Assembly: GCF_964355755.1 (NCBI RefSeq) | Contig: NC_092679.1 | Span: forward strand, 7,408,201 to 7,472,200 | Origin: Antedon mediterranea | Taxonomy: Eukaryota > Animalia > Echinodermata | Direction of reading: 5' to 3' | DNA: 64,000 bases | Shown here: positions 12,501 through 24,500 of the stretch, one piece after another | Layout: every line of letters begins with the position of its first letter | Position numbering within the stretch: the stretch's first letter is position 1 | Position numbers and translations under genes: made by a program | Notes under the pieces: generated by a model | Seen by the model: the letters and a program-made list of their open reading frames with translations, nothing else | What the model was told of the DNA's origin: nothing | Database searches by the model: none

Positions 12501-13945
12501 TACATTTAGTAGCAGTCCTGTTGCTCATCGACAACAAGCGACGTCGGCGACTCCTCCTCCTGTCGTTGGCAGACACAGTGGAGCAATAAACACACCTTCA
12601 CAATACACAACTCCGGGAAATGACGATACGTACACTGAAGTCACATTTCATGAACCAATACAAGCTCAGAGACAAACGGTGCAAACGTCTCAACAACCTC
12701 ACGTCCACTATGAGAATCAACCTTCTCCGGCATCAGTACATCCGATATCGCCACTAGGGGAAAGTAAAGAGGCTAAACAGCAACGAAAGAAGGAAGAACA
12801 ACAAGCAAAGAAAGAGGCAAAACTAGCAAAGAAACAACAAGCTAAAGTAGCAAAGAAAAACAAGAAATCTAAGAAGGGATTCGAAACTGAAGACTTTGCT
12901 CCGATGGATATTGATTTCGACGAAGAAATGCTTAGTGCTGCTCCTGTCAAAAACGTTACTCCTTCAAAGACGCAAAAGGTAGCCGGTACAACGCCAGTGC
13001 AGAAGACGCAAGTACAATCTAACGTTCAAATGAAGCGGGCACCACCACTTATCCATGCGTCACCACCAACTCACGCGTCGTCACAACCCATACACGCGTC
13101 ACCTCCCGTTCATGCGCCAACGCCAGTCTACGCAACAGTTAACAAAACGTCAACTCATCATCACCACGAACGAGAGAAAGTGTTGTCGGGCCGCTACCCC
13201 GATGCTGGTGTAAATGGAAGATCACCACATAATGTTTCGATAGACGTGCATACACAGAGATATTCAAATGGTAAGCTATCGTGATTGTTTTCTTCATGAT
13301 TCTTTGCCACTATTGAAGCATGTGTTGAAATATATATGGGTTGATTATATGGGATGGGATGAGATTCAATAATGGAGAGAGATCGAGACAAAAATGAATG
13401 AATGAACAAAAGAACGAAAGAGAATGGGTGTACGGATGAATGAATGGACGACTGAATCTTAATCAAGCCGCAGACCAATATATAGTAATGTCAATATAAT
13501 AGAGTTTAACGAGCATCCATGCAAACAATTCTTTTGTGACCCAATCATTACCTCATCACTACTAATATTACATAATTTGTTGTTTTCAGATGCAGATATT
13601 GATGAATATGAATACGCAGATGATGATGATGATGATGATGATGATGACGGCGACGATATGCCTCCACCACCTGGAAGCTATGACGATGAGGTGTTTCACC
13701 AGGATTCGCCACCACCACCACGTCCCCCACCACCTCAAAACTACTCATACGACAACGATTTGCCACCTCCACCACCACCACAGAGTTTACCACCAGAAGA
13801 TGACTTACCACCCCCACCACCACAGAGCTTACCACCCGAAGATGAATTACTACCCCCAGTCCCACGAGGTTCTCCCTCACCTTTACGCAACAATGGAACA
13901 AGCGATAACGTACCTAAAATGGCAATTGTAACAACAATTTACTAG
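6593..13945 (+). CDS. MacroD1/2-like macrodomain protein with a long low-complexity C-terminal tail, ~827 aa. Exons: 6593-6866, 8051-8173, 8513-8761, 9266-9286, 11537-11863, 12023-12102, 12217-13270, 13590-13945
   Basis: The spliced peptide shows FLEMSVDDKR..ELTHWSKY, LWLGDITSLCVDAIVN, IHSRAGP, TGYAIVTCGYWLPAKYVIHTVGP, SVAFPCISTGIYGYP, VRKWL and IIICV..IYNETLPKYFP. All junctions are GT-AG and phase-compatible. The exons sum to 2484 nt, which is divisible by 3. Exon 1 assignment is less certain. Confidence 0.85.
7845..7890 (-). mobile_element. tRNA-derived SINE fragment (Pol III B-box)
   Basis: The reverse complement reads GGTCCTGGGTTCAAGTCCCGTCAC. Confidence 0.45.
9372..9499. mobile_element. 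PIF/Harbinger (Tourist-like) MITE, family A
   Basis: TIRs ctctgtctacactat...atagtgtagacagag, flanked by a TAA/TAA duplication. Confidence 0.8.
9616..11443. mobile_element. Non-autonomous hAT-like DNA transposon with a 5-bp TSD in intron 4 of the macrodomain gene
   Basis: TIRs CAGGCCCGTAGCCAGG / CCTGGCTACGGCCCTG. TCTTG flanks both ends (9611-9615, 11444-11448). Subterminal GCGAACCCCCC repeats are present and there is no transposase ORF. Confidence 0.8.
10226..11344. repeat. Three tandem copies of a 372-bp unit inside the hAT-like element
   Basis: gccgatacgtactcaaatgtatc starts at 10226, 10598 and 10970, and the copies are nearly identical. Confidence 0.95.
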
Positions 13946-14857
13946 GTTTAGTTAGATTAGAGTAAGTAGATTTATAAATGATGAACTCCAATTAAGAAAA
14001 CGAAAATGAATCAAAAATTTAATTAATTAATGCTATAAAGTATGTACTGTATAAAAGTGTAAACGGAATGATTAACTATATTTTAATGTGTCTGAAAGCG
14101 ATAGAATTACAAAAAATCAGCATGAAAATATGTGTATGTTATGTACATATGCCAGATGTGATATATTGTAGAGTGACACCATTCCTGGTGATAAGTGGTG
14201 GTATATTCAGATATGATATATTGTAGAGTGACACCATTGCTGGTAATAAGTGATGGTATATCTAGTCCTGTCCCTGCTCAGTATTCAACGTAAATTGTGT
14301 TATGTTTGTAATGTAATGTTTTACTTAATAAAATAAACTATAATTTACTCATGTTAGGTAGAGACCATATTTTTAAAGCATAAAATTTCAATTAAATCCT
14401 ATTTTTGCTTTTGTTTGTAATTTTACTGGTACACTTTGATATCACATGACAGACACAATGGTCATTAACGGTTTATTCCACTTTATTATGACTTACTACC
14501 CTGATTAAAAAACACGCCTACCATATTATTGTGTTCACTCCATTTGTACTATAATGTTTCATTAAAGGTTCAAATAGTTATAATACCTGTATATACCTTT
14601 TCACAATACTGTACAATAAAGTAAGAACAACAAAAGGTATAATGAATTTGCTTTTATAAATATAATAATAGGGACTGTTTAAAAGTTATGAATTTCATAA
14701 AGGACATATAAATCTGAATCTGATTAGGCAGAGACAAATATGAGCATGCAGTGAATTCATTACACAGCACTAGATTACATCCCTATCACGACAAAAAGAA
14801 ATTATGTGCACATGTGCCATATGTTCAAAATGTTGATTACAATCGTAGCATGTATTA

Positions 14858-15002
14858 GGCTCTGTCTAAACACTATCAAACTAGTTGGACAAAAAAAATG
14901 TGTGATGTGCCCTAATATAATAGTGGTATAACATCATCATGTCCATAATATTGGCACATCACATACTTTTGTCACATGAAGTTTGATAGTGTAAACAGAG
15001 CT
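14858..15002. mobile_element. PIF/Harbinger MITE, family A
   Basis: Same TIRs, TTA/TTA TSD. Confidence 0.8.
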
Positions 15003-15501
15003 TTAAGCATTATGCTTGTTGGGTGTCAATACACCAAGTGACTGCAATAAAAAAACCCTGAGCTTTCTATCCTGTGATTGGTAGGATCAAATTAATTTAG
15101 AAACATCTATCAAACATTAAAAAATGTACTATATACTTTCTTTTCTCCATGTATATAGTAACATGATTTTGAAAAAAAACAAAACAAAATTGCACAGCAA
15201 TAATTAAGCAAGGACTTATACTGTAAAAAGTCCTTGGATTAAATATGATCTATGACAACTACTTTTTAACATAAAGTTACATAATACACTTTCTATTCAT
15301 TATAAATTTGTTTAAATGGCAGTTTTAATTAAATCCTTGTATTTATAGAATTTATAGTCTGTTTAATATCAAAGCTTTTCTGCTAAATATGAATTAATTT
15401 TAAAATGCAACGTTCCACCCACAGTGCGTTTTCCGATATGTCTGAATCATGATATCCCCATGCCAGATACGTCATGCGACCAAAAACTTTATCAAGCGTT
15501 A

Positions 15502-18500
15502 TCAGAGATTTTGCCAGTCAATATGAAGCAAGTTATTATTTGCTTCCAGTTTGTGAATCACCTCGCCAGGTATACCATGTTGTAACCAAAGAATGTAAAG
15601 TTTATGGTACAAATCTTGACAAAGTCTTAAAGGATTTCCCCTCCTACAGAATAAAATAAAAGTAGTTTAAAACAAACCTTAGTACTAAATCTACTGCAGT
15701 AACTTGAATCAATAGGTATATCATAGGGAGTAGCATACCAAGTACTGCAGTAATAAAATAACATATAGTACTTCTGAATCACAACATTCAGGGATGATTG
15801 CATAGTGAATAAACCTGAGTAAATACAGGTTTGAGGTACACCATGCGACACTCCTTGCCTTCTTGAAACACATGGTATACCATAAAAACCTGACTTTGCT
15901 AGAGTAACATACCTTAATCCAACATCCGATTCCCCATAATCATCAAGGTAAGGTGGCGTGTGAAAACAACCTCTGGACATGGATGACACCAGAAGTAATT
16001 GGCATTCTCTTACTCTGTAATAGTAATATAAAACATACTTTTTTAAAACACTTTGTAATTTATTGTTTGAAGGTTTGCATGGCGAAATCAAATGTTGATA
16101 TAAAGTTTGCGGTACACCACATACATTAGTTCTGAAAAGAAATGTTGAGTTTCTCGACGTTTCGATCAATATGCTTTGATCGTCCTCGAAATGAGAATGC
16201 AGAAAGTCCAGGAAACTGGGAATATAAAGTGGAATATAAGTGGAATAGGGTGGAAGTGGTGTGAAAGCTAGTCATTTTATTTCACTTTGTAATTGTCCCT
16301 TTGTTGAGAACCTTGTAAAATCAGCCAAACTGACAGTGTCAGCCTCATGATATATGGTAAAACTAATAATGAATATTGATTGATTAATGACGTCCGAGTC
16401 AGATGTAATTATATTAATTAAGGTTAATTATGTTTCATTATATATTATATGGGTTACTAAAAAATGTTAGATGGTTTGTCCTAGTCTGACGTAATTATCA
16501 TTATTAATGTTACTTATAATGTTAAGTTATATCATTGATTAATTACTAATAAATGTTATATCACTACTAATTACAGTATCATAATTAATGTTTTTTACCT
16601 TAAATACATTCCAACTCCTGAACTACATTCTAAAGCATGAGCCATACATGCTCCTACTGTTTCATTGTCAACATCAGTCTGGCAGCAATAGCTTTGTGAA
16701 CACACTAGCTTACCACAAACCAAACACATTGCTGGTGCACGGGTTTCACCTTGGATACCACTGGACTTTGGACAGCTGTTTAATTAAAGCAATAACAATT
16801 CATATATTAATTTAGTAATTTGTTTTATTGAATACTGTAGTTCTATGCTCTAACATAAGGTTGTAAGCAACCAAGCCCAAAGGGGATAGAGGATGTTTTC
16901 TGGAAAAAGAAAATTACATTATTGTACACAACAATGATTTTATTGAATTTAATTATCCAGTGGTCCCTGAACAAGGACAACCTACAAACCATACCCTCCA
17001 AACCCATACCCCACTCGTTTTTTGCTCTGAAGTTCCCTTTTCAAATTAATGACTAGCAGCATAAGTGATGGTAAAAAGCTCTGTCTACACTATCAAACTT
17101 TATGTGACAATAAATGTGCCCATAAATGAATTCGTTGACATCATATCACTACCATATTTGGGCATATCACTATCATATGTGCATATTTTTGATAGTTTGA
17201 TAGTGTAGAAAAAGCTTTTCTAGCCTAGTTCATGATGACTTTTAGGCCTAACTAGCATAGCTTACGATGACTTTTCCTCTTTCGTGGAAAGCTTCATTTC
17301 CTGGCTACAGGCTTAGCTACTGCTAAAAATGATGAATTAATTTAGACTTACACAAATGAGGCAACCTGGTTCATAAGGTCACTATAATCATGTGGTAACG
17401 ACATAAACTTATTTGGCTGCATCGGATATCTAGCAAAACAAAGACAAATATTGTCACCGTAACAAAATTAATAATATCTTGAATTTGGGCTAAAAATTGT
17501 ACAAATATCTGGCAAATTAGAATTAAATTGAGATCAGGTTTAATCCTGTTATGGTTGCAGACCTGTCTGCCATATTACAGTGTGCTGGCCATAGTCTTTT
17601 TTTTTTCAATTTATTACTGAGGCTAAAAAAGTACAGAGTAGAAATAAACAAAAGAAAAAAAGTGGTATACCTAACAAACAAAGTGTTTTGATTATTCAAT
17701 CTTTCTTGAGTTGTTGGATGCAAACACCACTTTTGAAGTAACTCATGTACACCAGGAATAAACTGAGAATCAAACAAACTGGCAAGATTTGTAGGGACTG
17801 CTAGATATCGACACAATACGCTAAATTCATCAAAGATGTTGACTGCAAAAGGAAGAAAATTACATTATTAAGCTCTGTCTACACTATCAAATTTGATGTG
17901 CCCTTATATGGACATGATGATGTCATATCACTACCATATTTGGGCACATCACACTTTTTTATCGAAATAGACAGAGCTTTATAAACAGCAATGTTATTCC
18001 TAAACAGGAAACTAGGGACCACTGACTTTTTTACATAGTAAGTAAAATACATTATTACTTTTTATATTTTTGTAAATACTTTATTCATTTTTGTTAAATC
18101 ACTTTTCTTCATTTTTAGTTAAATCTTAGATACTTAAATTATTTTGGATGCATATTCTTTCAAAAGTGTAGATTCCAAATAAATTATAATTATAATAATT
18201 GCGGCCCAAAATAAAAATGACAAGAAATAAGATTCAAACTAAAAATCGGTGGATAGAACATTATGTTACAAAACACCATAGTTACTTTATATTATGTTTA
18301 TATAAAATCAACATACTTCTCAATTCTAATGGAAATGATGCTGCAGACAGCGAATAGAAGAACAAAGCTGAACACCGTAGAAATGGAAGGCAGGATTTAA
18401 TTACGTAATTCCAAAGGTCAAAGGCAGATGGAACGCCTCTCTTCACTCTGCATAAACAAAAATGGAGGAATGACAGATACTATAGAAAAGGTTGGAAAAA

Positions 18501-21500
18501 AAGCAGAAAAAAAGAAATTTTCCAAGCAAACAGAATACTGACTAACCATAATTTACTTACCCTGCTAATAACCATAATTCTTTTAACACTTTCTGCAAGT
18601 TTTTGGCTTCTTTACAGTACATATCATCACTTTCTTCTTCAAATAAACTTCCATCATCTATTAATTTATAAAAGAAGTATATATAAAGATAACCTTTATG
18701 TGATATTCTTTAAGATGTGAGATAAGGAAGGGTGGTAATACTCCTCCTGGAAGAGAAAGATAGTCATGCTGAAATGGTAGCATTTAAAGCAGTGAAGTGT
18801 CATGCACTAATATAATAACAAGCTTTTGTTTTGGCCAGTAGACGAATGTTAACAGACCAAATGAGAATTACGTTCCTCAACCTTCACAATCTGATGAATT
18901 ACTCGCTTTTTAAAAAAAACAATTATGATTGAAAGAAAAGCTCACTATTATATGTCCTATCAATTGCCCAAAGATTAAGGAAGCTTTCTACTGAATGACT
19001 GACAACCAATGCATGTCATGTTAATGCAGGGACATTGTGATGCATTTCCTCGTCCAACCGGTTTTATGGTTTCTAGGTTCGGGTGACCAACAACGATCGT
19101 TGCGTATCAAAAGCCCTATTGATAAACAGTTGTAATATCTTGTATCTTACCTTCTGGCAAATCACAAGTCAACAGAATCTGCGTGAGATGCCCTAAGAAA
19201 GCAAGTTTCATGATGTGTCCGTTAACGATTGGATCGGTACACACAGCGGCATTCTGCAGCTCTTCCTGCGTGTCCTTAAGCACAGGCATTGAAAAGCATA
19301 GGCTTACCAGCAGTGTAAATATATCAACATCTAAGATACTAGGCCCAGCTTGACTTGTTGGAAGTAACACTGCAATGAAAATAAGGGAGAGAAAATAATC
19401 TGATGAAAGGAACATATTCCTCAATCAGTCAGTGGGCTGCCTCTCACAAGTTTTGATTTCACCCCTCTTACGCTCTGTCTACACTATCAAACTAGTTTCA
19501 CAAAAAAGTGTGATGTGCTCAAATATGGTAGTGATATGCTTAAATATGGTATTGATATGACATCATCATAAATGGGCACATCACATTTTTTTGTCAGAGA
19601 AAGTTTACACAAATTATTGTACTTCATTATTTATGAATTTAAACGTTGCTTTTGACTTGACTTTTCTAACAGTACACAATGAGGTACCAACAGCTAAATC
19701 AATACTAGGTTATAAAGATGCTTTTAATGGCTAGATCCATAACATAACTTTCATAAAAAGGTTTACCATTTAACAGCCTGATGAGATGTGCTCGCACATG
19801 TTGATGGTTATACACACGGATACCTTCGGCTCCTAGTCTTACCAAAGCATCAAAACAATCAGCCTGTCTACTTGGAAGTGATCCAAACAATGGCTTCTCC
19901 TCAACGCGAAGATAAAGCTCTGAATATAAAGAGAAACAGATAGCAATATTATACAACAACCTATACCAAATTCAACAATGTCATCAAATCCCATTCAAAT
20001 ATTACATAGCATAAAATGCAGACTAACGTAGAAGTATTTCATTATTAAAAGATACATTGTTCACTGTAAAAAAATTTCTTTTTTGTTGAATACTTATGCC
20101 AATTTAACATCACATAATGGTTTTGTCTTTATGTAAGTGAAATCATATTTTTGTTCTGTTTTATTTTATGAAAGTAAAATGGTCTATTCAAATCTGATTT
20201 TATTAATCTTCATTTTTCATGGTTTTTTTCTACAGCTAAAACTACAGCAATTAGAAAATCTAACCTGCTGTTTGGATAGTGTAGGCTACAGCTTCCCAAC
20301 ACATGATTGGTATGCGTTTATTAGTATCATCAGGCATCACATTCAAACCAACCTAAAAGAAAGAACATTAGATGTGTCATCCCTTCTGAAGTATCAACCT
20401 AAACATAAAGACCTTGTTAAGTACACGTCTTATTTGTAGCTTACTTACCGTGTAAATGGACATGGAAAATGTCTTCAACATTTCAGTTTTGTCAACTGGT
20501 GGATGTCTGTAAAAATTAAAAACAAATAGTTTACATTGTGGAATATAGTAGTAAAACAAAATAAGAATACTGAAAGTAAGATTGAGGTATTGATCTTACT
20601 TTGTACTTGATTGTTGGTTGAAACTTAGTAATCGCCAAACTTCAGAACTTGAGAATCCACTGGTGCTCTTAGAACTAAAAGGTCTTTTATGATCTGAAAT
20701 AAAAAAAGAAACAAAATGTTTGCTATTAACTCAAATATTAATAAGTAAGAAATGTATATTAAAGGTATGCATTTGAATGAACTATAAACCCTAATGATGA
20801 AATTAACTATTTATACATTTCTGAGTTGAGAACTTTTCTATATCAAAGAAGTATTATTTTACAACTAAATAGTTAACTAGGTCAAACTCCTCAAAATGAC
20901 TGCAGTACAATAAAGTACACTTTGATTGACTTTGTGTTGGAGTTGACTCTCTAGTTTTAACATAGTAACTCTACCGTTTATTCAGAACATTGGTTTTCAA
21001 ATCAAACTCACCATCTTTTTTCTGTTTAGCAGGAGTCTCATCTGTTGCTGTGGTGGTATCCATCTCGCGTTCTGCCTTCTCCTTGGCTGCTTTATCTTCC
21101 TTGAGCACACCCCCTATCGTTTTTATAAGCTGTTCAAGACTACTACATGCTTTACTGTAATAAGATAATTATAAGTACAAAGTTATAGTTATTCAGGCAC
21201 AGCAAAGTGCATTATATACTGTTAGTAATCCAAAGACAAAATATTGAAAAAATGACAATACTGTGGGCATCAGTGGTTAGACCTCAATGGAGATACAAAT
21301 AAAATAAGCACAGAAAAATGAACATGCTGTGGGTATCTGTGGTTAGATCTCAATGGAGAATAAAGAGAATAAAATAAGCAAAAAACTAATCAAACAATAA
21401 AGAAAAAAAAAACAGTCAGAAAGAAATTGTAGAGCTTTAGGGTAAAACTTAACCTTTCCTAAGTATGTTACTGTTACTCTTATATTTTATGTAATAATGT

Positions 21501-24500
21501 ACAAAGAAGTCTCTTTGTCTGATTTGGCCACTCTGATATATATTATTTATATAGATTTATATGGAAGACAACTAGTATATTGTATATGATTTACCTTTTG
21601 TTAACCGGTTTAATTTGAGGAAGAAGTGTTATAACAGTGTTGCCTACAGTTTCACAGAGTGGGCACAGGAACTCATTCCTGCTCAAATCATAGCTGAGGT
21701 GACGTCGGAATCGACCTGACCTTTTGTTCTCTTTGGCAACTAGTGAATCAGTGTATCTGAAAACAAATGTTTACATGATTTCAATCACTGTATGGTTATA
21801 TACTGTGGGTATAATAATAATAACCCCTATTTATTTGTTTTGCACCTTGTAAATGCAATAAATATAACCTGCCATCAAATCTTACATTTGCCAACAAGTA
21901 GCATGCATAATGTGACCACAACTGCTCACGTGTGTTCCCCAATAAAGGTCAGTTGACTTCAACAGGGGGTCAAATGAATCTGAAACAACAAACATCAAAT
22001 ATTGTATGCCCCAACTGAAAATTTGTCTTAATATTTATTATATACTATCGTGATAAATATTATACTATTAATAAATTAATAATGTATCTTAGGCAAGAAG
22101 CTTTGCTTATGTTTCCCTCTCTCCACCCAGGTGTATAAATGGGTACCTGGTTAGGTCAAAGCACAGACTGCACTGATTCCTGGCTTCAACATTATGGAAG
22201 TATGTTTCCATGCTTGTTTGATCAAAATAACTGGGGCAATAATGTGAACATAAATATATATGGAATTTGTGTTATATAAATTATTATTATTACATTAAAA
22301 CAAAACACTTACCTTTATCAACAATTTTCTTGTCTCTGGCTCTTGACAATACAGATGATCTATAAAAAAAAAAAAGATTACACACTGAGTCATTTGGGTC
22401 CCTATCAATGGATTTGGTTCTTTTTAGAGAAAATTATGTTTGTCTGAGATTTTCTGGTATTTCAGTTTGGGAAAGTAAAAACACTGTACAAATATTTGTA
22501 TATATTTACCGTTGAATAAAAGCAGTTAGAACCATAACAGGAGCAGCATGTTTGATCAACTCTTCTTCCTGACATAAGATGCACGTTACTTGTGAGGGCT
22601 CAACCTCTGAGACAGTTGTGTGCTCTGGGCCTAGAGCTATTGCATATGACACCGGCCCATCACTGCAGTGTAAAAAGGTTTTTTTTTTAATTCAGTGATG
22701 GCTAATTATCATCATCATTTATAATGATTAATTATGTAAAATCAACTGTTATTTATTATTAATAATAAGCAGAAATATAACAGGGCATTTTATTAGAATC
22801 CAAACAGTCTTTAATTTTAGTTCAGAAATCAGTACAACAATTATTATAGGTTGACAAATAGATGATAAATCTTAAGTTATGCAAATAGAAGCTTGAAAAA
22901 CAACCCAGCCAAAATAGTGAATTTACCAACATGTTGTTGCAGTACATCAAAAAAGTTGTAGAGGTGAAGTGAATTGAACATTTGCGTTATAACTTAAGTG
23001 AATTGAACATTTGCGTTATAACTTAAGTGAATTGAACATTTGCGTTATAACTTAAGTGAATTGAACATTTGCATTATAACCTTACTCAACATCCATTGAA
23101 ATGAATTGAACATTTGCATTATAACTTACTCAACATCCATACTTGTCGTGGATGACTTCCTGTCACTTTGTGAACTTGAAACCTCAAACAAATTTGGATT
23201 CTTCTTGATAAACGACTTCTGCATGTTTGACATTTGTGCCATTATACGTTTTCTTCGCTCTTGCGCCAACTGTGCTTTGGTTTTCTTTTCCTCTTCTTTT
23301 TTACTGTTGTCAACGGAAGGCACGTCAGGCTGCGGACTTGTTCCACAGGTTCCTTTGAGTTTCAAAACCTCTGACAATTTCTAACAAAGAATATGAAAGT
23401 GATAAAACAACGCTTTTTTACAGTTTACATAATGTACATACGTACGATATTAATATGGTTTAATTTAGTAAAACATAATATAAATAAAATAAATGTACCT
23501 CCAACACCCATTGCACAAGGTCTTTGTACACTTCAATACGTTGATTACCAACCAATGCTTGTAGATTTTGTATTAAGCTAGGATTGCCTTTAAAAAAGGA
23601 GGAAAAGAGAGATTTATGGGTAGCACATAGATGTATTATACATCTAGAGAATCAACTGTGTTGGAGTTAACTCTAGTTTTTTAATAAGATAAGATAAAAC
23701 TTTAATAACCTTATGGTCTAGTATTACGTTGTTAAATTTACATAAAACACTCAGTTATTCAATTCAAATAACAAGGTACAGTATCTTTATTAGTATACCA
23801 TGTTTGTATGGCAGTTATTTCATGGTGAATTGAACTCTGACCTTTTAAAGCCTTTGCAGTGAACTGGAAATTCCCTGACTTGTGATACAATCGCTCTTCT
23901 TCCAGTAGTGCTAAGCCGGTCAGATAGAGAGCCTAAAAGAAAGTGGCATTGTTTTATGAAGTATGTTGTATCCAGATTTATTTAACAACATCCAATAACT
24001 AATGTAACTAAGAATGAACTCACCTTGTGTGCAAGACTCTCTGACCAGAACTTACTGGTTGCAGTTCTTGCAAGCGTTGTGCTGACTATGTGCACGAATA
24101 CATCACAATCAAGCAATCGTACTATGTTGCTATAGTTTGCACATAGAGAAGGGGGCAAGGGTGGTGCCATGGCGGTAACTACAAAAAAAAAAACCAAAAT
24201 ATTATTTAGACAAATGTAAAAACCAGAAATAGACTACATAAGTCTGATTGAGGTTCAAACAATATAGAAATCAACTTATATATAAATCATACTGTAAATT
24301 ACAGAAACAGTGCTCATATTCGGAACATGATCTCATAATCGCGTTGAGCATAGCTCATTGGCGAAAGTATTTTTTTTAGTTGTATGAACCTTGTAGCAAA
24401 GACATAATATCCACACACACACAAAGTAGTAAAGTAAATAAAGGTAGTTAATTTGCCACAATTTATTTAAAGATTTGCAAACAATAATTACAGTGCATAT

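Noticed and set aside
13548-13931. Poly-His and poly-Met ORFs overlapping the last macrodomain exon
   Set aside because: They are alternative-frame or antisense readings of the poly-Asp/poly-Pro exon. Splice phase supports only the D/P-rich frame.
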